From contig OZ024761.1 in NCBI GenBank assembly GCA_964016885.1, positions 27,838,001-27,902,000 on the forward strand: DNA of 64,000 nucleotides. Direction: 5' to 3'. This document shows, one piece after another, positions 50,849 through 64,000 of the stretch. The position numbers were made by a program, and so were the translations under genes. Under the pieces are notes generated by a model. That model worked only from the letters and a program-made list of their open reading frames with translations, was not told the origin of the DNA and ran no database searches. This stretch comes from Eledone cirrhosa (taxonomy: Eukaryota). Within the stretch, counting starts at the first letter, position 1. Each line of letters opens with the position of its first letter.

Positions 50849-51120
50849 TACATATACATAAATATATACACACATATATATGTGTATATATATATGTATA
50901 TATATACATATATATATTAATATATATATGTATGTATATATTTATGTATATGTATATATGTGTGTATATATATATATATATATTTATGTATATGTATATA
51001 TGTGTGTATATATATATAAATATATATATATATTTATGTATATATATATATATATTTATATATGTGTATATATATATGTGTATGTATATTTATATATGTA
51101 TGTATGTATATATGTATGTA

Positions 51121-51958
51121 TAGAAGAAAACACTATGCAGTTTAATGCTGGCAAATTCCAAGCCCTACAATACAAACTTCCAAACAAACCTGCAAACAAA
51201 TATAGTACAACACAACTACACTGGACCAGTAGCGACCGATATCCCCGTGTCAAAATCGATACGATACCTGGGCATAGACATGAGCGATGATGCATCTTTT
51301 TCCTCACACATCATGAAAGTGGCGACAATGTGCAGACGACTCGCTGGCTGGATCTTGAGGACTTTCCGGACAAGAGACCGAGACACCATGTTGACACTAT
51401 GGAGGACATTTGTCCTAAGCCACCTGGGCTACTGCTCCCAGTTGTGGTCACCCCATAGTGTCAAACTAACCACGGAGCTTGAGGCAATCCAGCGAAGCTA
51501 CACCAAGAGGATTGCCATGATGAAGGGGATAAGCTACTGGGAGAGGCTGAAGGAACTGAACCTCTACTCCTTGGAACGAAGACGGGAGAGATACGCAGTG
51601 ATCTTCATGTGGAAAATCCTGGAGGGTCAAGCACCAAACTTTGGCATTGGGAGCTGGACCAACCGTCGAACAGGACGTCACTGTGTGGTGCCAAAGGTCC
51701 CGTCTTCCACACATCTAGAATAAGGAGCAGGTATTGCAATAGCCTGGGATTCAAGGGCCCTCAACTCTTCAACAAGCTGCCGAGGGATCTGAGAGATTTG
51801 CATGACGTGGGGGTGGATGTCTTCAAGAAACATCTCGACAACTTACTATCCACGATCCCGGATGAGCCCACAGCAAGGCACGAGGGACACCTAAGGGCAC
51901 GAGGGAAATCTAAGCATGGCCTCAGCCGAATGGCTGAAACAGGTAAAAGAGTAAAAGA

Positions 51959-51960
<2 letters not shown>
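51121..51960 (+). mobile_element. CR1-group LINE 3' fragment (end of RT, thumb and C-terminal domain), frameshifted
   Basis: MQFNAGKFQAL / IRYLGIDMSDD..WILRTFRTRD..LGYCSQLWSP..LEAIQRSYTK..YWERLKELNLYSLERRRER / GPQLFNKLP..FKKHLDNLL..IPDEP, spread over three frames. Confidence 0.92.
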
Positions 51961-52030
<70 letters not shown>

Positions 52031-52034
52031 ATAT

Positions 52035-52221
52035 ATAATATAAGATCAAAAGATGGTTAAAGCAGTTCCAAGTATTTCATTGTGCGGATTTCAAAATCAA
52101 ATATCATCATGGGATGATATCTGCGTTCTCATCAGATAAAATACGGAGTCATGGTATGAAGCTTAAAAAACACTTGTGAATAGTGAAGTTTTAAATCAAC
52201 ATATGTTGATTTAAAACTTCC
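52035..52221 (-). mobile_element. Diverged family C copy with degenerate hammerhead motif and a short central palindrome
   Basis: Matches 18978-19145; minus strand tattttat CTGATGA..GAAA tccgca; gaagttttaaatcaacatatgttgatttaaaacttc at ~52185-52220. Confidence 0.75.
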
Positions 52222-52341
52222 CTGCTGGAGACGCAGGACATGGCAGTGATAATGAGGGACAGAGACCCCTGGAGAGAACACGTCCAAGGATCTCTGGAAT
52301 TTTACCCGCCCTAGAAAAATATGTATATATAAATATATATG

Positions 52342-52435
<94 letters not shown>

Positions 52436-52442
52436 AATATAT

Positions 52443-52497
<55 letters not shown>

Positions 52498-52506
52498 TAT
52501 ATATAT

Positions 52507-52706
<200 letters not shown>

Positions 52707-52805
52707 TTATGAACGGAAGCAGCAAGTTTTCGAGTGAAATATATGAAAATATCTGCCTATATACAATTATTTCTGTGAGGTTGTGTATATATATATATGT
52801 ATATA

Positions 52806-52856
<51 letters not shown>

Positions 52857-52923
52857 ATATATACATATAAATGTATATATACATATATATCTATATATAT
52901 GTATCTATATATATGTATATGTG

Positions 52924-52955
<32 letters not shown>

Positions 52956-52982
52956 CATATATATATGTGTGTGCATATATAT

Positions 52983-53014
<32 letters not shown>

Positions 53015-53299
53015 CATATATAAATAAGTATATATGCACATATATATATATATATGTATGTATGTTTCTGTGTGTGTTTAATCGTACCAACACACACACA
53101 TACATACACACACACTCACTCACACATACATACATACAATATTCTATGGAAGCTGACACTGCTACAAGCCGTGTGTTTACTAAAGTGAAAAGATAAGGAA
53201 GCCGGTGTAGTATATTTCTGTCGTTGAATAAAAGTTTGACCGTTTTAATGACTACCTATTTGTGTACTGCCATTTTAATCTTTATATCCTTATATCCGG

Positions 53300-53391
<92 letters not shown>

Positions 53392-53476
53392 CCTCTCTCT
53401 CTCTCATCACTCTCTCTCTCTTTCTGGATGTTGGTACATTTGTATATTTACGTGTTGCATGTATTCTTTGTGTGTG

Positions 53477-53513
<37 letters not shown>

Positions 53514-53596
53514 GCAAATGTGTATATATATTAATATGGATATATGTATACATGTGTGACTGCGTATTTGCACACAACACAGTATTCAGTAAATGT

Positions 53597-53707
<111 letters not shown>

Positions 53708-53773
53708 CATATATATAAATATATGTATATATATATTTATATATGTATATATATATATACATATAAATGATGA

Positions 53774-53834
<61 letters not shown>

Positions 53835-54358
53835 ACACACAGCATACATACGTGTTATTTTTCTATAATCTTCCGCCTTCTACCACCAATCATATCACTA
53901 GTTTCGGAAAATGGCGTTATCTGATGTTTTTTTCCGCATGGCTATCGTAAGGATCTTGCTTAGAATTACACTCTGTTAAATCGATGTACATACGATAAAC
54001 TCCCACATAACCTTACTATTTTCTTCCTCCATTCTTTCCTTCTTGCTTTCTTCAGTTGATGTCCTCACTCTTTCTATCTTAATTTTTTTCCCTCCTACTT
54101 TACCTTCAATTTCTTTTTTTTTTTTTGTCATTTTTTGTCTTTTATCCGTTTGGAATATATAAATCAGCCAGCCAGCAAGCCATGATTTTTTTGGGGGTAC
54201 TTCCATCCACCACACGATTTTTTACGACCATTGCTAAGCACGTGATCAATTACGTCATTAGTATGGCCATTCTAATCCTAAATATTGGAACCGTGAAAAC
54301 TTCAAAACACCATCACAAACACGTTTCGCTATAAATTGTTTCAGAGGAATGCTGTTCC

Positions 54359-54410
<52 letters not shown>

Positions 54411-54414
<4 letters not shown>

Positions 54415-54719
54415 ATGTAATAAACAACATAAGGCAATTATTCCATTTACCAGTGGTTTCTTAAAAGCAAAAGGTTTTGCTTTCAATCCTCAGAATGAAA
54501 AATCCTGGTTTGTTTATTGAATATGGATTCTAAAAACCCATATTCAATAAACAAACCAGGATTTTTCATTCTGAGGATTGAAAGCAAAACCTTTTGCTTT
54601 TAAGAAACCACTGGTAAATGGAATAATTGCCTTATGTTGTTTATTACATAATAATAATAATTAAGCTCTGTTGCATACATAGAGCACTCTTTTTTCCTGG
54701 ACTTTTCCGATGGAATTAC

Positions 54720-54722
<3 letters not shown>
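54411..54722. mobile_element. Fold-back element in (TA)n, family G, with perfect arms and a 3' tail
   Basis: 54411-54527 is the reverse complement of 54538-54654. Confidence 0.92.
54564..54623 (+). ncRNA. Type I hammerhead ribozyme motif (family G); mirror copy at ~54442-54500 on the minus strand
   Basis: tttcatt CTGAGGA ttgaaagcaaaa cc ttttgcttttaa GAAA ccactgg TA aatggaa. Confidence 0.8.
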
Positions 54723-54769
<47 letters not shown>

Positions 54770-54898
54770 TATATAGTAATAATAATAAATTTGGAGACTA
54801 AAATCCAAAGAGGGCTCGATAAGGATAAATATATATCAAATATATAACCATAGAGCAAATTTGTTAGTTTCAGAAGATATTTGTTTACATATATATAT

Positions 54899-55235
54899 GT
54901 ACGTATGGGTTCTCCGAACATTTATTATAATGCTCGGTGTGTTTGTAAACAAACATCCCGAATTAAGCCGTACAGTGTCTAACAATCATCGTTGCTCATT
55001 TGTTCAACACTGACATAGGAATGCTGTACTAGTTTCAAGATTATTAGCTATCGTCAGCAACGTATACCTTCCTGCCAGATGGTTGAACGTCTGAAAGTAT
55101 AAACTTTCCTTATGCACATTAACGGCTGAGCAGCCTAATTTGCATATCGAGTGAGTTACTGTACGGCTTAATTCGGGATATTTGTTTACAAACACACCGA
55201 GCATTATAATAGATGTTCGGTGAATCCATACGTAC
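54899..55235. mobile_element. MITE-like element with ~78-bp terminal inverted repeats and an internal hammerhead-like motif, family H
   Basis: 54899-54976 is the reverse complement of 55158-55235; minus strand 55023-55061 reads gttg CTGACGA tagctaataatctt GAAA ctag TA cagc. Confidence 0.75.
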
Positions 55236-55394
55236 ATATATATATGTGTGCATGTATGTATATATATATATACATACTACTGTACGTCTGTATACATATA
55301 TGTATGTACGTGTACATACTTATATTTAAGTAACAGCCGTACTAAGAGTGGGAAATGAAATTTCGTTTCATTTTTTCCCGTTTATACATATATA

Positions 55395-55464
<70 letters not shown>

Positions 55465-55466
55465 TC

Positions 55467-55700
55467 ATATTAAATGAATGGAAACTGTATTTATAAAACC
55501 ATATTTATTCTATTATATATATTTCAAGGGTACTAAAACTTTGGTACGCTCTCATCAGATAAAACAGAAAATTTGTTTTATAAATATTGACTTATCCAGG
55601 AAGAAGGTCTTAACGGTTCACGTTTTTCCTGGATATATATTCAAGTTTTTCCTGGATATATATTTGTTGGATTACCAATAAATTAAATATCCCTTTTGCT
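55467..55700 (-). mobile_element. Family A copy with hammerhead motif at ~55505-55565
   Basis: Minus strand: gttttat CTGATGA gagcgtac..gtaccctt GAAA tatata TA atagaat. Confidence 0.75.
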
Positions 55701-56112
55701 TATATATATATATATGCAACGCGCAGCCATCATTATTATCATATTTACACATAATTTTTCTTCTGCTGCCACTCGTCTGTTTCGTTCTTTGTACCTTTTA
55801 ACCTTTCTCGTTCTTTGTACCTTTTACCCTTTCTAGCAGTCTCTCTCTCTGTTAGCCTCCTCCTCAACTTTCAATCACTCATTCTCTGTCACTACCTCTC
55901 CTCCTCCTCCTCTTTCCTCCTCCTCCTTCAAGTTTGACCTGTGTGTAATTCTTTTCTCGCGCGGTCTTGGCCAAGCTGGTATGGAATTTTTTCTCTCTCT
56001 CTCTTTCGTCTGCGACTTCACAAAACTTATGTTTACCGAATTCGTAGACCAGACCCCTTCTTCTTCTTCTTCTTCTTCTTCTTCTTCTTCTTCTTCTTCT
56101 TCTTCTTCTTCT

Positions 56113-56147
<35 letters not shown>

Positions 56148-56446
56148 TCCCCCCCCCCCCCCGTTAGACCTGTGCGAAATTCTTTCCTTGCTCACATTTC
56201 AACCAGGTTTGATGGTCTTTTGTCTCTTGTTCACGATTTCACCGAGTTTATATCATAGAGATCTGGGACTTGTCTATTTCTTCTCACTTTCCGTTGCTTA
56301 ACCTTTTTGTTTGTTACCCTGGCGTCCCCTTTGTTTACGTGTCCCAACGACTTTTTTAGCCGTTGTTCGCACCAACCTGAGGCATATGGCCCTTAAAGCG
56401 ATGAAATGCCTGGGACGGTTGAGGGTCACTGATGAAGGACTTACTT

Positions 56447-56478
<32 letters not shown>

Positions 56479-57086
56479 CTTAGCATATAAATATATATAT
56501 GTAGAAGTTCTATTTAAATTGTTGGGATACAACAAGCAAATATTTTTATAACTGATATAAAACATAGTATATATATATATAAACAACTTTAAAAACAACC
56601 TTCAGATTATTATGCGAATTGTTTAGTGCTGCCATCTTGGGGAATATTTCGATGACACCTGGCTATGTTTATGTATATATTTATTAATATTTCATAAATA
56701 CCCTCCCCCCTTGTCTGTCTCTCTCTCAAAGACACACACAGACATACCCATTTGTATATATTATATATATATAATATAATATATATATAATATATAAATG
56801 TCATATATATATACATATATATATATACATATATATATACATATATATATATTTGTATATATATCTGTGTATATATATATACATATATATACATTATATA
56901 TATATACATATGTATATATACATATATATATACATATATACATATGTATATATATATAATTATACATATATATATATACATATAAACATATATATACACA
57001 CATACACATATATATACATATATACACACTTATATATATATACATATATATACACGTATATATATATACACATATATATATACAAT

Positions 57087-57153
<67 letters not shown>

Positions 57154-57217
57154 CATATATATAACACACATATATATATATACATATACATATATATACA
57201 CACATAGATAGATATAC

Positions 57218-57266
<49 letters not shown>

Positions 57267-57511
57267 TATATATATATATTTACGTATATATATATATATG
57301 AACACACATAACCACACAGACGCACACATTTATATATATCTATAATTATTATAGTCCCTGAGTGATACATACATTGATGTATGTGTTTTTAAACAAACAA
57401 AACCAACCAACCAGCCAGACAAACAGCCAGTTAACCAATTAGCCAATAACCAATCAGACAAGACAACCAATCAATTAAACCACAAGCTAATCAGCCAGTC
57501 ACCATATTAAT

Positions 57512-57737
57512 GGTTTCTGATTTAAGCACAAAGGCTAAGAATTTGGTGGGAAGGGAAGTCAATTAAATCAACCCTAGTGCATTACTGGTAGTTTACTTTA
57601 TAAGCTGTGTAAGCGTGAAGGGCAAAGCTAAACTAACCTCGAGGGATTTGAACTCTGAACTTAAATGGACGTAACTAAATACAGTAAAGCATGTTGTCCT
57701 ACACTACACTCCCGACCTTACTATCAATCCATCACCC
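57512..57737 (-). mobile_element. Older SINE copy
   Basis: ggtttctgatttaagcacaaaggc ... ggatttgaactc ... aatccatcaccc. Confidence 0.8.
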
Positions 57738-57789
57738 TTGTCAACCAAATACTGTAAACAGTGAACCAAACTCTATTATCAAAAATCCA

Positions 57790-59094
57790 TACGAGGGTCG
57801 GCTGAACATTCATCGGCTAACAATAAAGGCGTGATGCTAGAGCTCAGAAATCTTGGATGCATTTCATTTCAACACCTCTTATTAATAACTGCATTGTTTC
57901 TTTCCAGGGACTATGATAAATAATAAACCTCATTGGTCATTCTATGAGAGTATCTTGGTCAGACCATCAACCTCATTTGGTCATTCTATGAGAGTATCTT
58001 GGTCAGACCATCAACCTCATTTGGTCATTCTATGAGAGTATCTTGGTCAGACCATCAACCTCATTTGGTCATTCTATGAGAGTATCTTGGTCAGACCATC
58101 AACCTCATTTGGTCATTCTATGAGAGTATCTTGGTCAGACCATCAACCTCATTTTGGTCATTCTATGAGAGTATCTTGGTCAGACCATCAACCTCATTTG
58201 GTCATTCTATGAGAGTAACTTGGTCAGACCATCAACCTCATTTGGTCATTCTATGAGAGTATCTTGGGTCAGACCATCACCTTATTTGGTCATTCTATGA
58301 GAGTATCTTGGTCAGACCATCAACCTCATTTGGTCATTCTATGAGAGTATCTTGGTCAGACCATCAACCTCATTTGCGTCATTCTATGAGAGTATCCTTG
58401 GTCAGACCATCAACCTCATTTGGTCATTCCATGAGAGTATCTTGGTCAGACCATCAACCTCATTTGGTCATTCTATGAGAGTATCTTGGTCAGACCATCC
58501 AACATCATTTGGTCATTCTATGAGAGTATCTTGGTCAGACCATCAACCTCATTTGGTCATCTATGAGAGTATCTTGGTCAGACCATCAACCTCATTTGGT
58601 CTTTCTATGAGAGTATCTTGGTCAGACCATCAACCTCATTTGGTCATTCTATGAGAGTATCTTGGTCAGACCATCAACCTCATTTGGTCATTCTATGAGA
58701 GTATCTTGGTCAGACCATCAACCTCATTTGGTCATTCTATGAGAGTATCTTGGTCAGACCATCAACATCATTTGGTCATTCTATAAGAGTATCTTGGTCA
58801 GACCATCAACCTCATTTGGTCATTCTATAAGAGTATCTTGGTCAGACCATCAACCATCATTTGGTCATTCTATGAGAGTATCTTGGTCAGACCATCAACC
58901 TCATTTGGTCATTCTATGAGAGTATCTTGGTCAGACCATCAACCTCATTGGGTCATTCTATGAGAGTATCTTGGTCAGACCATCACCTCATTTGGTCATT
59001 CTATGAGAGTATCTTGGTCAGACCATCAACCTCATTTGGTCATTCTATGAGAGTATCTTGGTCAGCCTATCAAACTTTTCAGGCGAAGATCATA
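57790..59094 (+). mobile_element. Non-autonomous mariner-type element with an internally amplified satellite
   Basis: Left end tacgagggtcggctgaacattcatcggctaa is complementary to degenerate right end tcagcctatcaaacttttcaggcga; gggactatgataaataa resembles the GDYVEK* end of mariner transposases. Confidence 0.65.
57926..59065. repeat. 44-bp tandem satellite, about 26 near-identical units
   Basis: (ggtcattctatgagagtatcttggtcagaccatcaacctcattt)n with no spacers. Confidence 0.97.
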
Positions 59095-59405
59095 GTTCTA
59101 AGCTCTTAGGATTCTATTAAAATTAATCCGAAGTTCATTTTGGCTTCCATTCTGCCAGAGGTCTGTCAGTTAAAGTACCAGTAATATACTGAGGTAGATT
59201 TAATCGCCTGATTTTTTCCGCCATCCCCCTCATTTCCAAAATGTCTGACCAATCCGTCCACGTTAGGAACTATTATCAGCATTATTGTTGTAAATAAAGT
59301 ACCAGTAATGCACTGGATAATTGCTGGCCTTGTGCCTAAAGTAGAAACAATTATTGTTGTAGAGTTGATTGACAAATTAGGTGTTCCCCATGGTGCTGCT
59401 GATGC

Positions 59406-59466
<61 letters not shown>

Positions 59467-59924
59467 AGTGACTATAATGATTACGGTGGTGGTGGTGTTG
59501 GCGTTGGCAATGATGATGATGATGACGATGGTGGTGGTTATGGTGGGGGTGTTGATGATGATGATGGTGGTGGTTATGGTGCTGATGGTGATGGTGGCCT
59601 GCGGTAATGACGATGATGATGATGATGATGGTAGTGGTGGGTGCGGTGATGATAACCATGATGATGGTGATGGGAGGAGAGGAGGAGGAGGAGGCGGAGG
59701 AGGAGGAGGAGAGGAGGAGGAGGAGGAGGACAATAATGATGATTGAACAAATGAATAAATAAAACTTTCAGATAATTATAAAAGATGTATAGTGCTGCCC
59801 TCTGGGGGCACTATTTCAGTGACACCTGGACCTATTTATTATGTACAATATTTATTTATTTATTTATTTATTTGCTTCTACCGACATTGGAATCAATGAT
59901 ATTTTATTGATCTGGACATAGGTG

Positions 59925-61297
59925 GCGTTGTGGTGGTGTGGTGTGGTGTAGTGTGGTGTTGTGTGGTGTTGTGGTGTGTTGTGCTGTTGTGGTGTGTTGT
60001 GCTGTTGTGGTTTGGTTGTTGTGGTGTAGTGTTGATGTGGTGTGGTGTGGTGTGTTGTGGTGTGTTGTGCTGTTGTGGTGTAGTGTTGATGTGGTGTGGT
60101 GTGGTGTGTTGTGGTGTTGAGGTTTGGTTGTTGTGGTGTAGTGGTTGATGTGGTGTGGTGTGGTGTGTTGTGGTGTTGAGGTTGGTTGTTGTGGTGTAGT
60201 GTTGATGTGGTGTGGTGTGGTGTGTTGTGCTGTTGTGGTTCGGTTGTTGTGGTGTAGTGTGGTGTGGTGTGGTGTGGGGTTGTTTCGGTGTTGTGGTGTA
60301 GTGTTGATGTGGTGTGGTGTGGTGTGTTGTGCTGTTGTGGTTCGTTGTTGTGGTGTAGTGTGGTGTGGTGTGGTGTGGGGTTGTTTCGGTGTTGTGGTGT
60401 AGTGTTGATGTGGTGTGGTGTGGTGTGGTGTAGTGTTGATGTGTTGTGCTGTTGTGGTTTGGTTGATGTGGTGTAGTGTTGATGTGGTGTGGTGTGGTGT
60501 GTTGTGGTGTTGTGGTTTGTTGTTGTGGTGTAGTGTGGTGTGGTGTGGTGTGGGTTGTTTCGGTGTTGTGGTGTAGTGTTGATGTGGTGTGGTGTGGTGT
60601 GGTGTAGTGTTGATGTGTTGTGCTGTTGTGGTTTGGTTGATGTGGTGTAGTGTTGATGAGGTGTGGTGTGGTGTGTTGTGGTGTTGTTGGTGTAGTGTTG
60701 ATGTGGTGTGGTGTGGTGTGATTGTTGTGGTGTAGTGTTGATGTGGTGTGGTGTGGTGTGGTGCTGTTGCAGTGTTGTGCTGTTGTGGTTTGGTTGATGT
60801 GGTGTAGTGTTGATGTGGGGTGTGGTGTTGTGCTGTTGTGTGTGGTTGTTGTGGTGTAGTGTTGTGGTGTAGTGTGTTGTGTTGATGGTAGTGGTGTGGT
60901 GTTGTTGTGGTGTTGTGCTGTTGTGGGTGGTTGATGTGCTGTTGTGAGTTGTGGTTGTTGTTGGGTGTAGTGTTGATGTGGTTTAGTGTGGTGTAGTGTT
61001 GGTGTGGTGTTGTAGTGGTGTGTGTTGTTGCCGGTGTTGTGCTGTTGTGGTGTTGCTGTTGTGGTGTAGTGTTGATGTGGTGTAGTGGTGTGGTGTGGTG
61101 TGGGGTTGTTGCGGTGTTCTGCTGTTGTGGTGTGGCTGTTGTGGTGTAGTGTTGATGTGGTGTGGGGTGGTGTGGGGTTGTTGCGGTGTTGTGCTGTTGT
61201 GGTGTGGCTGTTGTGGTGTAGTGTTGATGTCGTGTGGTGTGGTTTGGTGTGGGGTTGTTGCGGTGTTGTGCTGTTGTGGTGTGGCTGTTGTGGTGTA
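59925..61297. repeat. (TGTGG)/(TGTTG)-based low-complexity array
   Basis: Seen directly in sequence. Confidence 0.96.
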
Positions 61298-61568
61298 GAT
61301 ACACCAGGACTGATATATTATATATACCAGGAGTGGTATGTCATATATATCGGGATTAATATGTGATATATACCAGGACTGGTATATCATATATACCAGG
61401 ACTTGTATGTCATAAACACCAGGATTAATGTCATATATACCAGTATTGGTTTGTCATATATACCAGGATTAATATGTCATATTCATTAGGATTAATATGT
61501 GATATATACCAGTATGTGTATGTCATATATACCAGGATTAATATGTGACATATACTAGGATTAGGATG

Positions 61569-61636
<68 letters not shown>

Positions 61637-61639
<3 letters not shown>

Positions 61640-62019
61640 TATTAATAAAATAGATGTTCTTTTGATCAATTACATTTTATTATACATATTTCCGATGTAC
61701 AACAGTACGTCTTCGTCAGACAAAATATAATAATACATGACATACCCTGAGATGTTATATGGTTAAGATTTAATCATATAACCATATAACATGTTAACCA
61801 TATAACATCTCAGGGTATGTCATGTATCATTAGCTTTTGTCTGATGAGGACGTACTGTTGTACATCCGAAATATGTATAATACAATGTAATTGATCAAAA
61901 GAACATCTATTTTATTAATACTTATATTTTAATATTAATCACTTCTGAAAATTATTGAGTGCTTCCAATCTCCTGTAAAACTCGTTCTTTGACATAATCA
62001 TTGAATATTGTTTAATAAA

Positions 62020-62022
<3 letters not shown>
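61637..62022. mobile_element. Fold-back element in (TA)n, family I, with a 3' tail
   Basis: 61637-~61765 is the reverse complement of ~61794-61923. Confidence 0.9.
61835..61886 (+). ncRNA. Type I hammerhead ribozyme motif (family I); mirror copy at ~61675-61726 on the minus strand
   Basis: ttttgt CTGATGA ggacgtac tgtt gtacatcc GAAA tatgta TA atacaa. Confidence 0.82.
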
Positions 62023-62074
<52 letters not shown>

Positions 62075-62261
62075 ATTGGTATGTCATATATACCAGAACT
62101 GATGTCATATATACCAGGATTGATATGTTATATGTGGTTGCTCCCTTTGATAATTCAATGGTTTGCATACTAGACACCTCGTAGCTCACATTAATTACGG
62201 ACTCACGGTGGTTATTAAAATCAAGACTGATATTTCAGTGAGTTATTTCTAGGATATTTAA

Positions 62262-62452
62262 GGGCGGAGGATTGGCAGTATCGGTAGAGCGTCGGACACT
62301 ATGCTTTGACGCATGGAGTTACGGTCCTTGCCATTCTGAGTTCAAATCCCGCCGAGGTTTACATTGCCTTTCATCCTACGGGGTCGATAAAATAAAGTAC
62401 CAGTAATGCACTGGGTAATTGCTGGCCTTGTGCCAAAAGTAGAAACAGTTAT
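62262..62452 (+). mobile_element. Full-length tRNA-derived SINE
   Basis: gggcggaggattggcagtatcggtagagcgtcggac ... gagttcaaatcccgcc ... agtagaaacagttatt. Confidence 0.9.
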
Positions 62453-62929
62453 TTCTAGGATATAATTACATTTATATATATATGACATACAGGATTAAGT
62501 GTTTGGGTAGCTTCAGTGAAATAACTATTTACAGGGACAATGTAAATAGTTGTTTAAGAAACGAACTTGTAAATAGTTATATAAGAAACGAACTTCATAT
62601 TGTAGCAACATCATTGAGAAACTAAATACATTGTATGAATGTATATGTGTAATATGGTTGTATGTTAAATATTCTAAGATACAGACAATAAATATACAGG
62701 CAAAGGGCGTGTTATTTCTGTAGATGATGATCGATATATATCTATATAGAAATTAGTTAGCCAGTATAAATGAGTGAGGGACACCATATTGGTATATGGT
62801 GTATCTAGGGATTTTAAAAATCAAAATCTGGCGGAGTATATACCAGAACCACTCCATGTCTGAATACAGTAGAGTTCTTCCAGAAAAGAATATAGAGTGA
62901 TAGAATGGAAGAGAGAAAGACATATAGTG

Positions 62930-63092
62930 GAAAAATCGACCCCATTACTTGACTGGTACTCTTTTCAGCGACCTCGAATGGATAAAATGCAAAGTTGGCT
63001 TCGGCGGGATTTGAACACAGAGAGCTCAGAGGCGGTACGAATACCGCAAAACATTCTATCCGACGCTCTAACGACTTTGCCAATTCGCCGCC
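62930..63092 (-). mobile_element. Older SINE copy
   Basis: atcgacccc..actggtactc..ggcgggatttgaac..cgacgctctaacgactttgccaattcgccgcc. Confidence 0.8.
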
Positions 63093-64000
63093 GACTGAGA
63101 AAGGAGAGGAGGAGTTGGAGGAAGAGGTTGAAATAAGGAAGATATGGAAGTAATAAACGAGATAGATACCGAATGTGTAATGTGTATGATTGCTGACAGT
63201 AAAATGGGTGGCGATAGTATAGTTATTTTAATGGGTAGAATCGATCAGAAAATACATAACCTTGTTAGTTTATGATTCATAAAATGACCTCACTGTTCAA
63301 TACCATTTAACTGTGTATAGATCTGTGGTAAATATTGATTGTCCCGGTTATAAAATTATTTTAATAAAACCTGAATAGGTAACGTTTATATTTTATATTT
63401 ATATTTTTATAGTAAGAAAATATAAGAAGACGCGAAATAATTTTCAAATCTTGGGAAGGACTATTAACGATTTTTTTTCTGTATATAGTTTTACATAATG
63501 AAACTAATTTCTTTTCAGAAAGAGCTATTAATGACATGATTTAACGAGACTATTAGGTTATGATATGTTATAATTGTTTCTATTAGATTATGATATGTTA
63601 TAATAACTTGTAAATATATGTATGTATGGACACGGAAATCATGATGGAATCGTGGGAGAGCTGTAGTGATTTACAGCGTGCATTAGGTTTTTAAAGCCGA
63701 GAGGAGACCACCCTCTCTCCAGGCCTGCACACAGCCCCTTTCTTCCAGAGAATGCGCAAGAGATGCAACAAATAGATATATAGAGAGAGAGAGACCACCA
63801 AGGACTGTATATACGGAACTTTTGGACATCTGTCATATCACATTGTTTACATATGTTCATCTGCTGATGACGTATTACATTAAAATAACATTAGGTAATC
63901 ACAATTTAATGCCTTTGAAAGGTACATAATGGTTGTTATGTAATGTAATAAACCGAAATTTAAAATGTAAAACCATCTTTTCTTTCTTAATGAATTAACT

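Larger units (their letters stand above)
61298..62132. repeat. ~22-bp minisatellite (ataccaggattaatatgtcatat) interrupted by a TA expansion holding the family I element
   Basis: Units at 61298-61570 resume at 62069-62132. Confidence 0.85.

Noticed and set aside
55930-56280. Weak direct similarity between ~55933-56040 and ~56164-56260
   Set aside because: Too diverged to define or assign by eye.
57926-59065. CRISPR-like regular repeat
   Set aside because: Units abut with no unique spacers, there are no cas genes, and the context is eukaryotic.
62262-62352. tRNA gene at this and other A/B-box hits
   Set aside because: No cloverleaf evident; the sequence continues into the multi-copy SINE body.
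63639-63860. 73-aa minus-strand ORF in unique sequence
   Set aside because: No recognisable homology and contains a CT/AT microsatellite; could be UTR or exon but unsupported.

Overview
AT-rich eukaryotic DNA saturated with microsatellites, most likely from an octopus or other cephalopod (inferred from the SINE families and repeat landscape). I recognise no intact host protein-coding gene; almost all listed ORFs are translations of simple repeats. The window holds many tRNA-derived SINEs, a CR1-type LINE 3' fragment, an RTE-type LINE 3' fragment (two copies), a Penelope-like GIY-YIG C-terminal fragment, Helitron ends, a mariner-derived element containing a 44-bp satellite, several minisatellites, and a ~10 kb duplication across an N gap that probably represents two haplotypes. 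The main unexplained signal is a set of about ten largely unrelated families of short (160-600 bp) non-coding inserts sitting in (TA)n tracts. Nearly all carry a minimal type I hammerhead ribozyme motif (stem I - CUGANGA - stem II - GAAA - self-complementary stem III - UH - stem I'), and most are fold-back palindromes whose turning point lies at or near the ribozyme. This fits (TA)n-targeting Penelope-like or retrozyme elements. All alignments and folds were done by eye; boundaries inside (TA)n are approximate.
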